A program made the position numbers and the translations under genes. Positions 61,843 through 64,000 of a stretch of DNA of 64,000 nt are shown here, in pieces. Below the pieces are notes generated by a model, which was not told where the DNA came from, made no database searches, and saw only the letters and a program-made list of their open reading frames with translations. The DNA is from an uncultured Actinomycetes bacterium (GTDB lineage: Bacteria; Actinomycetota; Actinomycetes; S36-B12; CAIYMF01). The stretch is taken from assembly GCA_963778785.1 (NCBI GenBank), contig CAVZVV010000010.1:20564-84563 (forward strand). Reading direction: 5' to 3'. Numbering within the stretch: the first letter of the stretch is position 1; the number at the start of each line of letters is the position of its first letter.

Positions 61843-62561
61843 TCAGCCCTCGACGGTGTCGTCAGGGGCCGGCGACGACTGCTCGTCGCCGGACGGTGCG
61901 GAGTCGACCGGCTGATCGGCCACGCCGACCCGGGCGGGCCGCACCACGCGGCCGGCGAAGCGGTAGCCGCGCTGGTACACGGCGCTCACGACGGTGACGA
62001 GCACACCCTCGGCCTCGGACTCGGTGTGCATGAGGGCCTCGTGCACCGCGGGGTCGAACTCCTCACCGACCGTGCCGTACTGCTCGAGGCCCAGCCGGGC
62101 GACGGTCTGCTCGAGGCCCTCGCCGACGCTGCGGAAGGCGCCTTCGAGCTCGCCGTGGTCCCGCGCGCGGTCGATGTCGTCGAGGAGCGGAAGCAGCTCG
62201 GCCAGGGCGCCGGAGACGGCGAGCTCGCGCACGGCGTCGCGGTCGCGCTCGACCCGCTTGCGGTAGTTGGCGTACTCCGCCGTCACCCGCTGCAGGTCGG
62301 CGGTGAGCTCGGCCTCGCGGTCGGGCACTGCCGCTGCCAGCTCGGCGGCGAGAGCCTGCGCGAACGCGTCGGCCTCACTGGCACCGTCGCCGGGAGCGTC
62401 GGGGTCGGGCACCCCGGGGGCAGGCGCCGGCGGGGTGGTCGGCGGCGTCGGGCGCACCTTGCCGGTGACCGGGTCGATCCGGCGGTTGTCACGCACCACG
62501 AACCCCTCGGGTGCGCCGTCGCCTTCAGGCGGCGGCGCACCCTCGGTGCCAGGGGTCTGGC

Positions 62562-62565
<4 letters not shown>
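61843..62565 (-). CDS. grpE: Nucleotide exchange factor GrpE
   Basis: 240-aa [23 protein letters not shown], and the GTG start overlaps the dnaK stop (GTGA). Confidence 0.9.

Positions 62566-64000
<1,435 letters not shown>

Overview
Very GC-rich actinobacterial chromosome segment. The Micrococcales-like assignment is an inference from gene content and order only. Most genes are housekeeping. There are nine purine genes (purF-purM; purS-purQ-purL; purC, purB, purD; purA), plus pyrE, fbaA, galE and the heat-shock locus dnaK-grpE-dnaJ-hspR-clpB. Regulators are a BldC-like protein, two TetR, one ArsR, and an RR-HK-SARP-RR cluster. Transporters are two MFS, two DedA and a PotABCD-type ABC operon. 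There is also an egtB-egtD ergothioneine pair and a few orphan genes. I recognised no rRNA, tRNA, CRISPR array, transposase, integrase or phage genes.

Three things stand out.
1. Four discrete blocks (about 9.6-13.3 kb, 29.4-31.8 kb, 37.25-40.3 kb and 63.3 kb to the window end) are riddled with single-base indels. These break otherwise well-conserved genes, including essential ones (purA, purB, purC, dnaK). Long genes between the blocks are intact. I read this as most likely localised sequence or assembly error, not biology, but it needs the reads.
2. Two families of palindromic intergenic repeats recur across the window. One has an ATCCGG-N3-CCGGAT / GGGCAGTTA core at 4-5 loci. The other has a CATGGACC-AACGGACG core downstream of purL and purD.
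3. An accessory-looking stretch (about 38.6-46.4 kb) carries egtBD, MFS, ArsR, a 721-aa orphan exported protein and a DUF559-like gene bracketed by palindromes. It sits between DUF3151/purA and fbaA.

I found no convincing evidence for a novel multi-gene system. The items listed are leads, not discoveries. All coordinates and motifs were read by eye from the sequence and the ORF track; no searches were run.
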